The position numbers and the translations under genes are program-made. The notes beneath the pieces are model-generated. The model searched no databases, was not told where the DNA came from, and was given only the letters and a program-made list of their open reading frames with translations. From Sedimentisphaerales bacterium (lineage in GTDB: Bacteria; Planctomycetota; Phycisphaerae; Sedimentisphaerales; Anaerobacaceae), in contig JAXGYC010000008.1 of the NCBI GenBank assembly GCA_040772485.1, positions 544,001 through 608,000 on the forward strand: DNA of 64,000 bases. The letters are read 5' to 3'. Below, piece by piece: positions 38,057 through 47,001 of the stretch (position 1 is its first letter; each line of letters begins with the position of its first letter).

Positions 38057-39151
38057 CTATGCAGTCTGCGACAGCAGGTCGTCCATGTTCAACTCGAGAT
38101 GAGAGAGGACTTCCATGACCTCTCTTCTCTTCCAGAACCTCCGATAAAGCCCCCACCGGGCCGCCATCCGCTCCAGCTCCAGCAGCACCAGCCAGCGCCG
38201 ACGGCTGATGCGGCCCTCACGAATCTGGTGGCTGATCGACGCCACGTAGGGATCGTAGCCGAGCTTGTGCATGTCCAGATGCATCAGGAGCCAGTTGAGC
38301 CGGCAGTTCGTCACGAACAGGCTGGCCTTGCGCTTCTCCAATAGTCCCAGTTCGATCGTCCTTCGCGTCACCTCCTCGGCGCCGGGATAGTCAATCACGT
38401 GGAAGGGCAGCAGCAATCGCGGCAGCGGGCGCCGGTCGGCGAACGCCTCCGGGTCCCAGAACTGGCGGCGATCCTCGTCGTCGAACGGCGATTCATACAG
38501 GGGCGGCGGCGCCCATTTCTGCTCGTACACCTCGCTGTGCGAAGCCTCGTAGAAGTGATGCTCGATCTGGTCGGGCGAGTAGGCCAGGGCCACGAAAGGA
38601 ATCCGGCGCAGGGCCGCCGCCTGCATGACCATGCTGTGAATCGCCTTGCAGCAGACCTGGCAGACCGTGCTGACGTAGCCGACCTCCTCGTATCTCTTCT
38701 TCTCGAAACTCGGGTGCGTCAGATAGTAGCGATAGAGCTTCCTGAAGAACTCCGGCCTCGGCGTGTACAGGAGATGATCGACGTTCAACCGGGCGGCAAC
38801 GCGCGCCGCGTTCGGCCTGGCCAGCGAGCTCAGCAGTCCCGTGTCGATCGTCATCGTCAGGACCTTGAGCCCATACTCGTTCTTCAGCAAGTGGGCCAGA
38901 TACGTGCTGTCCTTGCCGCCGCTGAGCGGGACCAGGCAGTCGTACTCGGCCCGGCCCCGGGCCTGCTCCAGCGCCCGCTCGAAATCCGCACGCAGCGTCT
39001 CCTTCCGGGCCATCAGGGAACGTATCTGCGGATCGGCCTCGACCCCGAAGTGCTGCCGGCCAAGACAGTAGCTGCACACGCGGCCTTCGTCGAACTGGAC
39101 GCCGGGATAATTCCCGGGCAGCAGGCACCGGACGCATCGTTTCGTGGGCAT
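38057..39151 (-). CDS. PP-loop ATPase, N-acetyl sugar amidotransferase-like (surface polysaccharide modification)
   Basis: RCVRCLLP..VCSYC, YDCLVPLSGGKDS, CQVC, TNC, IREG.ISR. Confidence 0.75.
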   Translation of the reverse strand: MPTKRCVRCLLPGNYPGVQFDEGRVCSYCLGRQHFGVEADPQIRSLMARKETLRADFERALEQARGRAEYDCLVPLSGGKDSTYLAHLLKNEYGLKVLTMTIDTGLLSSLARPNAARVAARLNVDHLLYTPRPEFFRKLYRYYLTHPSFEKKRYEEVGYVSTVCQVCCKAIHSMVMQAAALRRIPFVALAYSPDQIEHHFYEASHSEVYEQKWAPPPLYESPFDDEDRRQFWDPEAFADRRPLPRLLLPFHVIDYPGAEEVTRRTIELGLLEKRKASLFVTNCRLNWLLMHLDMHKLGYDPYVASISHQIREGRISRRRWLVLLELERMAARWGLYRRFWKRREVMEVLSHLELNMDDLLSQTA

Positions 39152-39216
39152 TGTCCCCGTCTCCTTTTGGCTTTCGGACACAGTGAGGCGTACAGCGCGA
39201 GCCACAACCGGCGGCC

Positions 39217-39244
39217 ATTATAGACCCGGCCGGCCGGCGGTCAA
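39217..39244 (-). promoter_or_regulatory. Sigma-70 promoter
   Basis: TTGACC-16-TATAAT. Confidence 0.7.
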
Positions 39245-39289
39245 CATGGAGACCGCCAACGGCTGTGCGACGGGCCGCGACAAAAAAGG

Positions 39290-39317
39290 TTGCCGCCGAG
39301 GGCCGGGCCGATAGAAT
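39290..39317 (+). promoter_or_regulatory. Sigma-70 promoter of nadE
   Basis: TTGCCG-16-TAGAAT. Confidence 0.55.
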
Positions 39318-39318
39318 C

Positions 39319-39367
39319 GTCTGTCGTGACGCGTCGGGCGTTATGCCCTTACGGGCACACTACGAAC
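39319..39367. repeat. REP family B copy with a degenerate partner, in the nadE leader
   Basis: Minus strand GTTCGTAG-TG-TGCCC-GTAA-GGGCA-TA (39342-39367). Confidence 0.8.
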
Positions 39368-39399
39368 GGTGCATCGGGTTCTTTGGAGTTGGAGTCGAA

Positions 39400-41043
39400 G
39401 TGCGAGTCGCTCTGGGCCAATTCAACGCCACCGTCGGCGATCTGTCGGGCAATGTGGAGAAGATGAAGACGATGTGGGCACAGGCCGTCGAGGCCGGAGC
39501 GGACCTGGTGGTCTTCCCCGAACTGGCGATCTGCGGCTACCCTCCCGAAGACCTGGTGTACAAGAGGCAGTTTCTGGAAGACAACTGGACCGCAGTCGAA
39601 ACCCTGGCGGGTGCCTGTCCCCGGAAGACTGTGGTGGCCGGCTTCGTCGAGAGCGTCAACGGCACCGCGTTCAACGCCGCGGTCGTGATCCAGGAGGGGC
39701 GCGTCGCTGAAACCTACCAGAAACGCGAGCTGCCCAATTACGGCGTCTTCGACGAGCGTCGCTACTTCAAGCCCGGTCACCGTCCCGTTCTCATCGAGAT
39801 TGGCGGGCTGAGAGTCGCCCTGACCATCTGCGAGGACCTCTGGGAAACCGAGACTCTCCGGCGGTTCTTCACCGACGTCGATCCCTTCGATCTGCTGGTC
39901 AATGTCTCCGCCTCGCCCTTCCACATGGGCAAGCTCGACGAGCGGGGCCGCATCATCGCACGATGCACGAAAGCCTTTGGCTGCGGCGTGGCCTACTGCA
40001 ATCTCATCGGCGGACAGGACGAACTGGTCTTCGACGGCCGGAGCATCCTGGCCGACTCCGCCGGCCGGATCGCCGCCAGGGCCAAGGCCTTCGACGAGGA
40101 CCTGCTGATCGCCGACGTCACGCGGTCCGCCGGCACCGTCACCATCGCCCCGGTCCGGCCCCCGCTGACGGGGTCCGAGGAACTGCTGGACGAGGTCTAC
40201 CAGGCCCTCGTCCTGGGCACGCGGGACTACGCGAGAAAGAACGGGTTTCGCAAGGCGCTGCTGGGCATCAGCGGCGGGATCGATTCGGCGGTCACCGCCG
40301 CCATCGCCGTGGCCGCGCTCGGCGCCGAGAACGTGCTGGGCATCACCATGCCCTCGCGGTTTAACAGCCCCGAGACCATCGCCGACTCGGCCAAGGTGGC
40401 CGACAACCTCGGCTTCCAACTGCTGACGATCCCCATCGAGCCGATCCTGACGCCGTTCAACAAGGCGCTCCAGGCGGACCCGACCTGGGACGAAAGGGGC
40501 CTGGCCTACGAGAACCTCCAGGCGCGGATTCGCGGCACGATCCTGATGTCCCTGAGCAATCAGGCCGGAGCGCTCGTGCTGACCACCGGCAACAAGAGCG
40601 AAACCTCCGTCGGCTACAGCACGCTCTACGGTGACACCGCCGGCGGATTCGCGGTCATCAAGGATGTGCTCAAGACGGTGGTCTATCGCCTGGCCGCCTA
40701 CATGAACGAGAAGGCCGGCCGCGAGCTGATTCCGCCCGCCGTCATCACGCGCCCGCCCAGCGCCGAGCTGCGGCCCGATCAGAAGGACGCCGACTCGTTG
40801 CCCGATTACGATCTGCTCGACGAAATCATCAAGGGCTACGTCGAGAAGGACCTGTCCGCCCGCGAACTGGTCGCTTCCGGCCTGCCCGCCAGGGACGTCG
40901 AACGCGTGATCCGGATGATCGACCGCAACGAGTACAAACGCCGCCAGTCCCCGCCCGGCGTCCGCATCACCCCCAAAGCCTTCGGCAAAGACCGCCGATT
41001 GCCCATCACCAACCGCTACGCCACCACGATCCCCAAGCCCTGA
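39400..41043 (+). CDS. nadE: Glutamine-dependent NAD+ synthetase
   Basis: Nitrilase domain (FPEL, K..LPNY, ICEDLW); SGGIDS, ENLQARIRG, TGNKSE, PSAEL, NEYKRRQ. GTG start. Confidence 0.96.
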   Translation: MRVALGQFNATVGDLSGNVEKMKTMWAQAVEAGADLVVFPELAICGYPPEDLVYKRQFLEDNWTAVETLAGACPRKTVVAGFVESVNGTAFNAAVVIQEGRVAETYQKRELPNYGVFDERRYFKPGHRPVLIEIGGLRVALTICEDLWETETLRRFFTDVDPFDLLVNVSASPFHMGKLDERGRIIARCTKAFGCGVAYCNLIGGQDELVFDGRSILADSAGRIAARAKAFDEDLLIADVTRSAGTVTIAPVRPPLTGSEELLDEVYQALVLGTRDYARKNGFRKALLGISGGIDSAVTAAIAVAALGAENVLGITMPSRFNSPETIADSAKVADNLGFQLLTIPIEPILTPFNKALQADPTWDERGLAYENLQARIRGTILMSLSNQAGALVLTTGNKSETSVGYSTLYGDTAGGFAVIKDVLKTVVYRLAAYMNEKAGRELIPPAVITRPPSAELRPDQKDADSLPDYDLLDEIIKGYVEKDLSARELVASGLPARDVERVIRMIDRNEYKRRQSPPGVRITPKAFGKDRRLPITNRYATTIPKP

Positions 41044-41209
41044 CGCGCGTTTTCAGCGCACGCGCCGACGGCGGCTCGTGGCCGGCCAGACAATACTGGA
41101 GAAAAGACCCGCGCGGTGCCGATATAAACACAGGTTGAACAAGAGCCCGGAGGGTGTGCGCTTCCGTGGCGTTGGATTTTATAGGACCCGTTGAAGGGGG
41201 TGCGGTACG

Positions 41210-43708
41210 GTGGCCACGAACAGGAAGTCACGAGCGAAGAGGAACAGGCACAAGATCATCGGGGCGGGGGTTCGCCTGGCGCTTCTGTGCATCGGGGTGG
41301 TCGTCTGTCTGGTGCTTCTGTTCAGTTGCCTGAGCTTCGACATTGCAGACCGTCCGAGCACGTATTCGTATCCGCCGAACGAGCCGGCGACGAACTGGTG
41401 TGGCTCGATAGGCGCCTTTGCGGCGTTCTATCTTCTGTACTACGTCGGTCCCGGCGCCTTCGTCTTGCTCGGATCGCTGCTGTGCTACCTGCTGGCGCGG
41501 ATCGCGGATCGCACCGTCAGCCAAGTCGTCTTCCGCTTCGTGGGGATGGTGCTGCTGACGATCGCGGTCTCGACAACGTTCTACTTCTTCTGGCCGCACA
41601 AGGTCTACGCCTTCCCGCTCGGCTCGGGCGGGGTGCTCGGGGTCTCGGCCGCCACGTTTTTGCGGAGCCGCTTCGCGGTCCTGGGCACGTTCATCCTCGT
41701 CTCGGCGACCTGGGCGGTCGGTCTGGCTCTGCTGGCCGACAGCATCATCATCGGCGTGCTGGCCGCCTGCGGGATCGCCGTGCGCCGGGTCATCGGTTTC
41801 GTCGTGCCCGCCTGGTCGGTCGCCAGGGAGCACTCCGAAGCGCTCAGCGAAATCTGGCAACGACTCAGCGCCAGGCAGAAATCGCTGGCCACGGCCGGCG
41901 GCGGGACGGCCAAAGCCCGTGAGGAAGTAGAGGACTATGCCGACGACGAGGCCGAGGCCGAGCAGGACGAATACGAAGACCAGGCGGCAAGCCCGGAAGA
42001 GGACGAAGAAGTCGAGGAAGCCCTTGAGGCTCCGGTCGCGCGTGCGGTGAAGCGTCCGCTGCCGATGGAGGTGCGGCAGCGTGTCGAGAAGCGCCCGCCG
42101 CCGCCCTTCGTCCAGCCCTCCTACGACGACTACACCCTGCCTCCGATGGAGCTGCTGGCCGAGCCCGAGTATGGCTACGCCGCCATCCAGGAGAAGGTCG
42201 TCAAGGCCAAGGCCAGCGCGCTGGAGAAGCTGCTGAGCGAATTCAACATCAACGCGCGGGTCGTGGCCGCCGATACCGGGCCGGTCGTGACGATGTTCGA
42301 GCTGGAGCTGGCCGCGGGCATCAAAGTCAGCCGGATCACCAACCTGTCCAACGACATCGCCCGGGCGCTGAGCGCCGGCGCCGTCCGCGTCGTCGCGCCG
42401 TTGCCCGGCAAGCACACCATCGGCATCGAAGTGCCCAACAGCGCCAAGGAAAAGGTCCGCATCAAGAGCCTGATGGACCTGGGGGGCACGCGAGCGAGCA
42501 AGATGGAAATCCCGCTGTTCCTCGGCAAGGACTCCGCGGGCGAGGCGCTGGTCTCCGACCTGACCCGCATGCCGCACCTGCTGATCGCGGGCACCACCGG
42601 ATCGGGCAAGAGCGTCTGCATCAACAGCATCATCGTCAGTATCCTGCTGACCAAGCGGCCCGACGACGTGCAGATGATCCTGATCGACCCGAAGATGGTC
42701 GAGATGACCGCCTTCAGCACGGTCCCGCACCTGATGTGCCCGATCGTGACCGAGACGCAGATGGCGGTGCAGATCCTCGAATGGGCGACGGTGAAGATGG
42801 ACGAGCGCTACGCGCTGCTGGCCGAGGCGCGGGTCAAGAACATCGCCGAGTTCAACAAGCTGGGCGCCGAAGAGGTCGTCGCGCGGTTCGCGCCGAGCAC
42901 GCCCGACGAAGAGGCCCAGATCCCCAAGAAGCTGCCCTACATCATGATCGTGATCGACGAGCTGGCCGACCTGATGATGACCGCCTCGAAGGAGATCGAA
43001 GCGTACATCGTCCGCCTGGCCCAGAAGAGCCGCGCCGTCGGCATCCATATCGTGCTGGCGACGCAGCGTCCGCAGGCGACGGTCGTCACCGGCCTGATCA
43101 AGTCGAACATGCCGTGCCGCATCGGCTTCCGCGTGGCCGCCCGGATGGACAGCCGGATCATCCTCGACCAGAACGGCGCCGAGACGCTCCTGGGCGAAGG
43201 CGACATGCTCTTCCTCAAGCCCGGCACCAGCGACCTGATCCGCGCCCAGGGCACGTTCCTCGACGAGGCGGAGATTCGCGGCATCATCAAGCACCTCAAG
43301 GACATCGCCGAGCCGCAGTTCCATCCGGAGCTGACGCAGCTCAAGCGCGTCGACGCCGGCGAGATGCCGCGCGATGAGCTCTTCGACCAGGGCGTGCGCG
43401 TGGTCCTCGAAAGCAAACGAGGCAGCGTGTCGTTGCTCCAACGCAAACTCAGCGTCGGGTACGCCCGCGCCTCGCGCATGATCGAGATGATGGCGGCCGC
43501 CGGCATCCTCGGCGAATACAAAGGCAGCCAAGCCCGCGAGGTGCTGATGACGCTGGAGGAATACGAGGCGATCCGCAGCCAGATGACTGACGACGCCGAG
43601 GCCGGCTACGCCGACTTGGCCGAGGAAGATGAGGAAGAGGAACCCGCTCGCGCTTACGCCAGCGAAGGTCAGCAGGGATACATCTCCAGCGCCGCCGACG
43701 ACGATTGA
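41210..43708 (+). CDS. ftsK: DNA translocase FtsK
   Basis: N-terminal TM domain; MPHLLIAGTTGSGKS, IDPK, IDELADL, ATQRP; gamma domain SLLQRKL.VGY.RA. Confidence 0.97.
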   Translation: MATNRKSRAKRNRHKIIGAGVRLALLCIGVVVCLVLLFSCLSFDIADRPSTYSYPPNEPATNWCGSIGAFAAFYLLYYVGPGAFVLLGSLLCYLLARIADRTVSQVVFRFVGMVLLTIAVSTTFYFFWPHKVYAFPLGSGGVLGVSAATFLRSRFAVLGTFILVSATWAVGLALLADSIIIGVLAACGIAVRRVIGFVVPAWSVAREHSEALSEIWQRLSARQKSLATAGGGTAKAREEVEDYADDEAEAEQDEYEDQAASPEEDEEVEEALEAPVARAVKRPLPMEVRQRVEKRPPPPFVQPSYDDYTLPPMELLAEPEYGYAAIQEKVVKAKASALEKLLSEFNINARVVAADTGPVVTMFELELAAGIKVSRITNLSNDIARALSAGAVRVVAPLPGKHTIGIEVPNSAKEKVRIKSLMDLGGTRASKMEIPLFLGKDSAGEALVSDLTRMPHLLIAGTTGSGKSVCINSIIVSILLTKRPDDVQMILIDPKMVEMTAFSTVPHLMCPIVTETQMAVQILEWATVKMDERYALLAEARVKNIAEFNKLGAEEVVARFAPSTPDEEAQIPKKLPYIMIVIDELADLMMTASKEIEAYIVRLAQKSRAVGIHIVLATQRPQATVVTGLIKSNMPCRIGFRVAARMDSRIILDQNGAETLLGEGDMLFLKPGTSDLIRAQGTFLDEAEIRGIIKHLKDIAEPQFHPELTQLKRVDAGEMPRDELFDQGVRVVLESKRGSVSLLQRKLSVGYARASRMIEMMAAAGILGEYKGSQAREVLMTLEEYEAIRSQMTDDAEAGYADLAEEDEEEEPARAYASEGQQGYISSAADDD

Positions 43709-43742
43709 GCCGCAAGCCCGTGCCCCGGATGGAGGCGACACT

Positions 43743-44714
43743 GTGAAATGCACGAGTGTCACTGGAATCGCGGCCCTCTGCCTTCTGGCATGGAGGCCGG
43801 CCTGTGGTGCGGCGACAACCTTGCAGCCGTCACCGGCCTTGTGGACCGTCGATGCGAAGACGCCGGAGGGCCTGAAGAACCTCCTCCGCCACGATGGCCA
43901 ATCGCTGCACCTGGTCAGCGCCCATCGCGGAGGCGCGGGAAAGGGTCTTCCGGAGAACTGTATCGCAACCTTCGAGAACACGCTGCGGCACACGCACGCG
44001 ATGATGGAGGTCGATCCCCGCTACACGAAGGACAACGTCATCGTGCTGCACCATGACCCCACGCTGGAGCGAACGACCAACGGAACCGGACGCGTGGTGG
44101 ATCGCACGTGGGAGGAACTGAAGGCGCTGCGGCTGAAAGACGCCGCGGGGGTCCTCACGGAATACTCGATTCCCACGCTCGATGAGGCGCTGCAATGGGC
44201 GCGAGGCAAGACGATCCTCGTGCTGGATCAGAAGGACGTGCCCGTCGAAGCACGCGCACGGAAGGTCGCCGAGCACAACGCCGAGGCCTACGCCGTGCTG
44301 ATTGTGTACAGCTTTGCCGATGCCCAGCGGTGCCACGCGATGGACCCGCACATCATGATGGAGGTGATGATTCCGAACGCCGAGCAAGCAGCGGCGTTCG
44401 ACCGGACCGGCGTGCCGTGGTCCAACATCGTGGCGTTCGTCGGCCACTCCCCGCCGCAGGAGCCTCAGTTGTGCCAAATGATCCATGCCAGAGGCGCCAG
44501 TTGCATGGGCGGCACCTCTCGCAACATCGACCGCCTGTTCATCGAACGACAGGTCACGGACGTAACCGACTTGCGCCCGCAATACCGTGTGCTGTTGGAC
44601 ATGGGCATCGACCTCATCGAGACCGACCTGCCCCGATACGTCGGACGAATGCTCTTCGATCCACAAGCTGTTCCCGCCTCACGAGCGCGCTTCTTGCAGG
44701 GCGGGCGACCTTGA
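43743..44714 (+). CDS. Glycerophosphodiester phosphodiesterase family protein
   Basis: SAHRGG, PEN, EVD...TKD, HD.TLERTT.G, IPTLDEAL, IETD; GGAGG RBS. Confidence 0.9.
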   Translation: MKCTSVTGIAALCLLAWRPACGAATTLQPSPALWTVDAKTPEGLKNLLRHDGQSLHLVSAHRGGAGKGLPENCIATFENTLRHTHAMMEVDPRYTKDNVIVLHHDPTLERTTNGTGRVVDRTWEELKALRLKDAAGVLTEYSIPTLDEALQWARGKTILVLDQKDVPVEARARKVAEHNAEAYAVLIVYSFADAQRCHAMDPHIMMEVMIPNAEQAAAFDRTGVPWSNIVAFVGHSPPQEPQLCQMIHARGASCMGGTSRNIDRLFIERQVTDVTDLRPQYRVLLDMGIDLIETDLPRYVGRMLFDPQAVPASRARFLQGGRP

Positions 44715-44767
44715 TCCTTCGCAATGGAGTCCCGCCGGACAGCCGGCCGGGATCGCTCGCGGCGGCC

Positions 44768-45169
44768 TCAGGAGGGGACGGTCTCCAGATGGGTTTGCAC
44801 GGCGGTGAACACCTTCCGCGCCAAGTCACCGAATCGGCGTGCGTCCCCAAGCGTCGGCTTGCCGTTGGGAAGCGAGCCGAGCTCGGCCGGGTATCGCGCA
44901 TCGACGTAGAGCTTGTCGAGTTTCTCTATCCAAACCGCCTCGACGTCAAAGGATATCTTCGGCCTGACGATCTCGAACAACCGCGTGAGGTTGTGGATCC
45001 GAATGTGGCCTAACTCGTACTCTTCCACGACGGCTTTGAGCGATTTCTCGATGCACTGCTGGGCGTGAAACGCGACCATGTGAGTCAGGAACTCATCCGG
45101 TGTAATCCTTGCTATGACCCGCAGATCGTCTTGTGCGGCGTTCAGCCAGTGTTCAACGATCTCTTTCAT
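44768..45169 (-). CDS. HEPN domain protein
   Basis: WL..A..DL, FHAQQCIEKSLKA, HNL..L, Y..ARYP. Confidence 0.9.
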   Translation of the reverse strand: MKEIVEHWLNAAQDDLRVIARITPDEFLTHMVAFHAQQCIEKSLKAVVEEYELGHIRIHNLTRLFEIVRPKISFDVEAVWIEKLDKLYVDARYPAELGSLPNGKPTLGDARRFGDLARKVFTAVQTHLETVPS

Positions 45170-45512
45170 GCAAGACCTTCCCTCGGGTCATGATCTCCCT
45201 GGCGAACAGGCTGTCCAGTCGAACGAATGCGTCGTGCATCGGCCTTGTATGAACGATCAGGTCGATGGCAATGTGTCTGTTGAGTTCCCGCAGAAGGGAA
45301 GCCACTTTCAGATGGTTCCGCATGCGTTCGTCATAGGTAGCGGGCATGAAGTCGTCCTGCGTCACGACGTAGAGGTCGAGATCGCTGTCCTCCGTCGGCC
45401 GACCCCAAGCGTAAGAACCGAATAAGATCACTTTGTCCGGGCACAGTGGCGCCAACGCGTCCGTGATCCGCGTTGCCAGTTCGTCCGAAAGCCCGAGCGT
45501 GTCTGTGGTCAT
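45153..45512 (-). CDS. Minimal nucleotidyltransferase (MNT)
   Basis: ILFGSYAWG.P..DSDLDL; overlaps the HEPN start. ATG 45512 is 7 nt after TACAAT of TTGGCG-17-TACAAT (leaderless). Confidence 0.9.
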   Translation of the reverse strand: MTTDTLGLSDELATRITDALAPLCPDKVILFGSYAWGRPTEDSDLDLYVVTQDDFMPATYDERMRNHLKVASLLRELNRHIAIDLIVHTRPMHDAFVRLDSLFAREIMTRGKVLHERDR

Positions 45513-45793
45513 GGCCGTCATTGTACCACCGACCCCCCTTCCGCGCCAAACGTAACTTGAGGTCGCACACAACTACCCGATCTCCTTGGCGTCCGTCCCG
45601 ATTTGGACGTGAACTCGCGTTCCGGTCGCCGGCAGGACGTCCGTGTTACGACGCCGTTTCGACGGCGCAGCAGGCCGGGACGCACGACGCGGGCATTGGC
45701 GCCTGTGAAGATCCAACCGGTCAGGAGGCCCTCTCGCGCCCGCAGCGGACGCGGCAGGTCGATCCGAATGGCCCAATGTGGTAGAATGGGGTG

Positions 45794-46828
45794 ATGAACA
45801 AGGACCTCAAGGACATGACGTTGGACGAGCTGGAGCAGCTCGTGGTGGAGCTGGGGCAGAAGGCCTACCTGGCGAAGTACATCTTCAGCTTCCTGCACAC
45901 CAAGGGCGCGCAGACGATCTCGGACATCACGCCGCTGAGCAAGGCATTCCGCGACCGGCTCGGCGAGCAGGGCTATTTCGTTTCGCAGCTCAAGACGCTC
46001 GACTGCCTGGCCGACCCGGACGGGTCGAAGAAGTACCTCTTCGAGCTGGCCGACGGCGAGCGGGTCGAGGCGGTGCTGCTGCGCGACGAGCAGCGGCTGA
46101 CGCTGTGCGTCTCGACCCAGGTCGGCTGCGCGATGGGCTGCGCGTTCTGCGCGACGGGGCGGATCAAACTCCGCCGCAGCCTGAGCGCCGGCGAGATCGC
46201 CGACGAAGTGAATCAGGCGGAGCAAGACGCGGGCAAGATCAACAACGTGGTCTACATGGGGATGGGCGAGCCGTTCGAGAACTACGACGCCGTGCTCAAG
46301 TCCGTCCGCATTCTGAACCACGCCTCGGGCAAGAACATCGGCATCCGGCACATCACGATCAGCACGTGCGGCGTCGCGCCCGCAATCGTGCGGCTGGCCG
46401 GCGAAGACGTCCACCCTCGCCTGGCGATCTCGCTGAACGCGCCGAGCGATCCGCTGCGCAGCCGCATCATGCCCATCGCCCGCAGGTACCCGCTCGCGGA
46501 GCTGCTCAAAGCCGTGCATACCTACCAGGCGCGGACGCAGCAGCGCGTGACCTTCGAATACGTGCTGATCGACAAGCTCAACGACTCGACCGCCCACGCC
46601 CACCTGCTCGTCAAGCTGCTGCACGGCTTTTCGTGCAACGTCAACCTGATCGAGCACAACCCGTATCCGGGCTGCGAGTTGGCAGGCAGCAGCCGCGAAC
46701 GCATCGCCCGATTCGCTTCGGTCCTCACCGACGCCGGCGTCGAGACCGTCACCCGCTTCCGGCTCGGCCGCCACATCCAGGCCGCCTGCGGCCAGCTCCA
46801 GGCAGGCTACGGCCGCCCCCGTTCGTAG
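45794..46828 (+). CDS. rlmN: 23S rRNA A2503 / tRNA C2-methyltransferase RlmN
   Basis: CVSTQVGCAMGCAFC, MGMGEP, IST.G, FEY.LI, AACGQL. Confidence 0.92.
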   Translation: MNKDLKDMTLDELEQLVVELGQKAYLAKYIFSFLHTKGAQTISDITPLSKAFRDRLGEQGYFVSQLKTLDCLADPDGSKKYLFELADGERVEAVLLRDEQRLTLCVSTQVGCAMGCAFCATGRIKLRRSLSAGEIADEVNQAEQDAGKINNVVYMGMGEPFENYDAVLKSVRILNHASGKNIGIRHITISTCGVAPAIVRLAGEDVHPRLAISLNAPSDPLRSRIMPIARRYPLAELLKAVHTYQARTQQRVTFEYVLIDKLNDSTAHAHLLVKLLHGFSCNVNLIEHNPYPGCELAGSSRERIARFASVLTDAGVETVTRFRLGRHIQAACGQLQAGYGRPRS

Positions 46829-46830
46829 CG

Positions 46831-46924
46831 GTTTGTAGTGATCCGCCTTGGGCGGATTGGCGTTACCACGTATGCTCTTACGAGCACACTACAAACAGGA
46901 CGCTCTTACGGGCACGCTACGAAC
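46831..46924. repeat. REP family B doublet plus an extra copy (left flank)
   Basis: GTTTGTAG-TG-ATCCGCC-TTG-GGCGGAT, inverted TATGCTCTTACGAGCACACTAC (46871-46892), third copy at 46901-46924. Confidence 0.88.
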
Positions 46925-46928
46925 ACGC

Positions 46929-46957
46929 TGGACAAAGCCCGTCGGATGTGCTATGAT
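46929..46957 (+). promoter_or_regulatory. Sigma-70 promoter
   Basis: TGGACA-17-TATGAT with an extended TG. Confidence 0.65.
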
Positions 46958-47001
46958 TTCCAACAGAGTTGAATGCCGAGATCGGATACGGAGGGAGCAT
47001 C

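Noticed and set aside
45794..46828. Cfr resistance methyltransferase
   Set aside because: Motifs (STQVGC, MGMGEP) and context fit housekeeping RlmN; a phylogeny would be needed to overturn this
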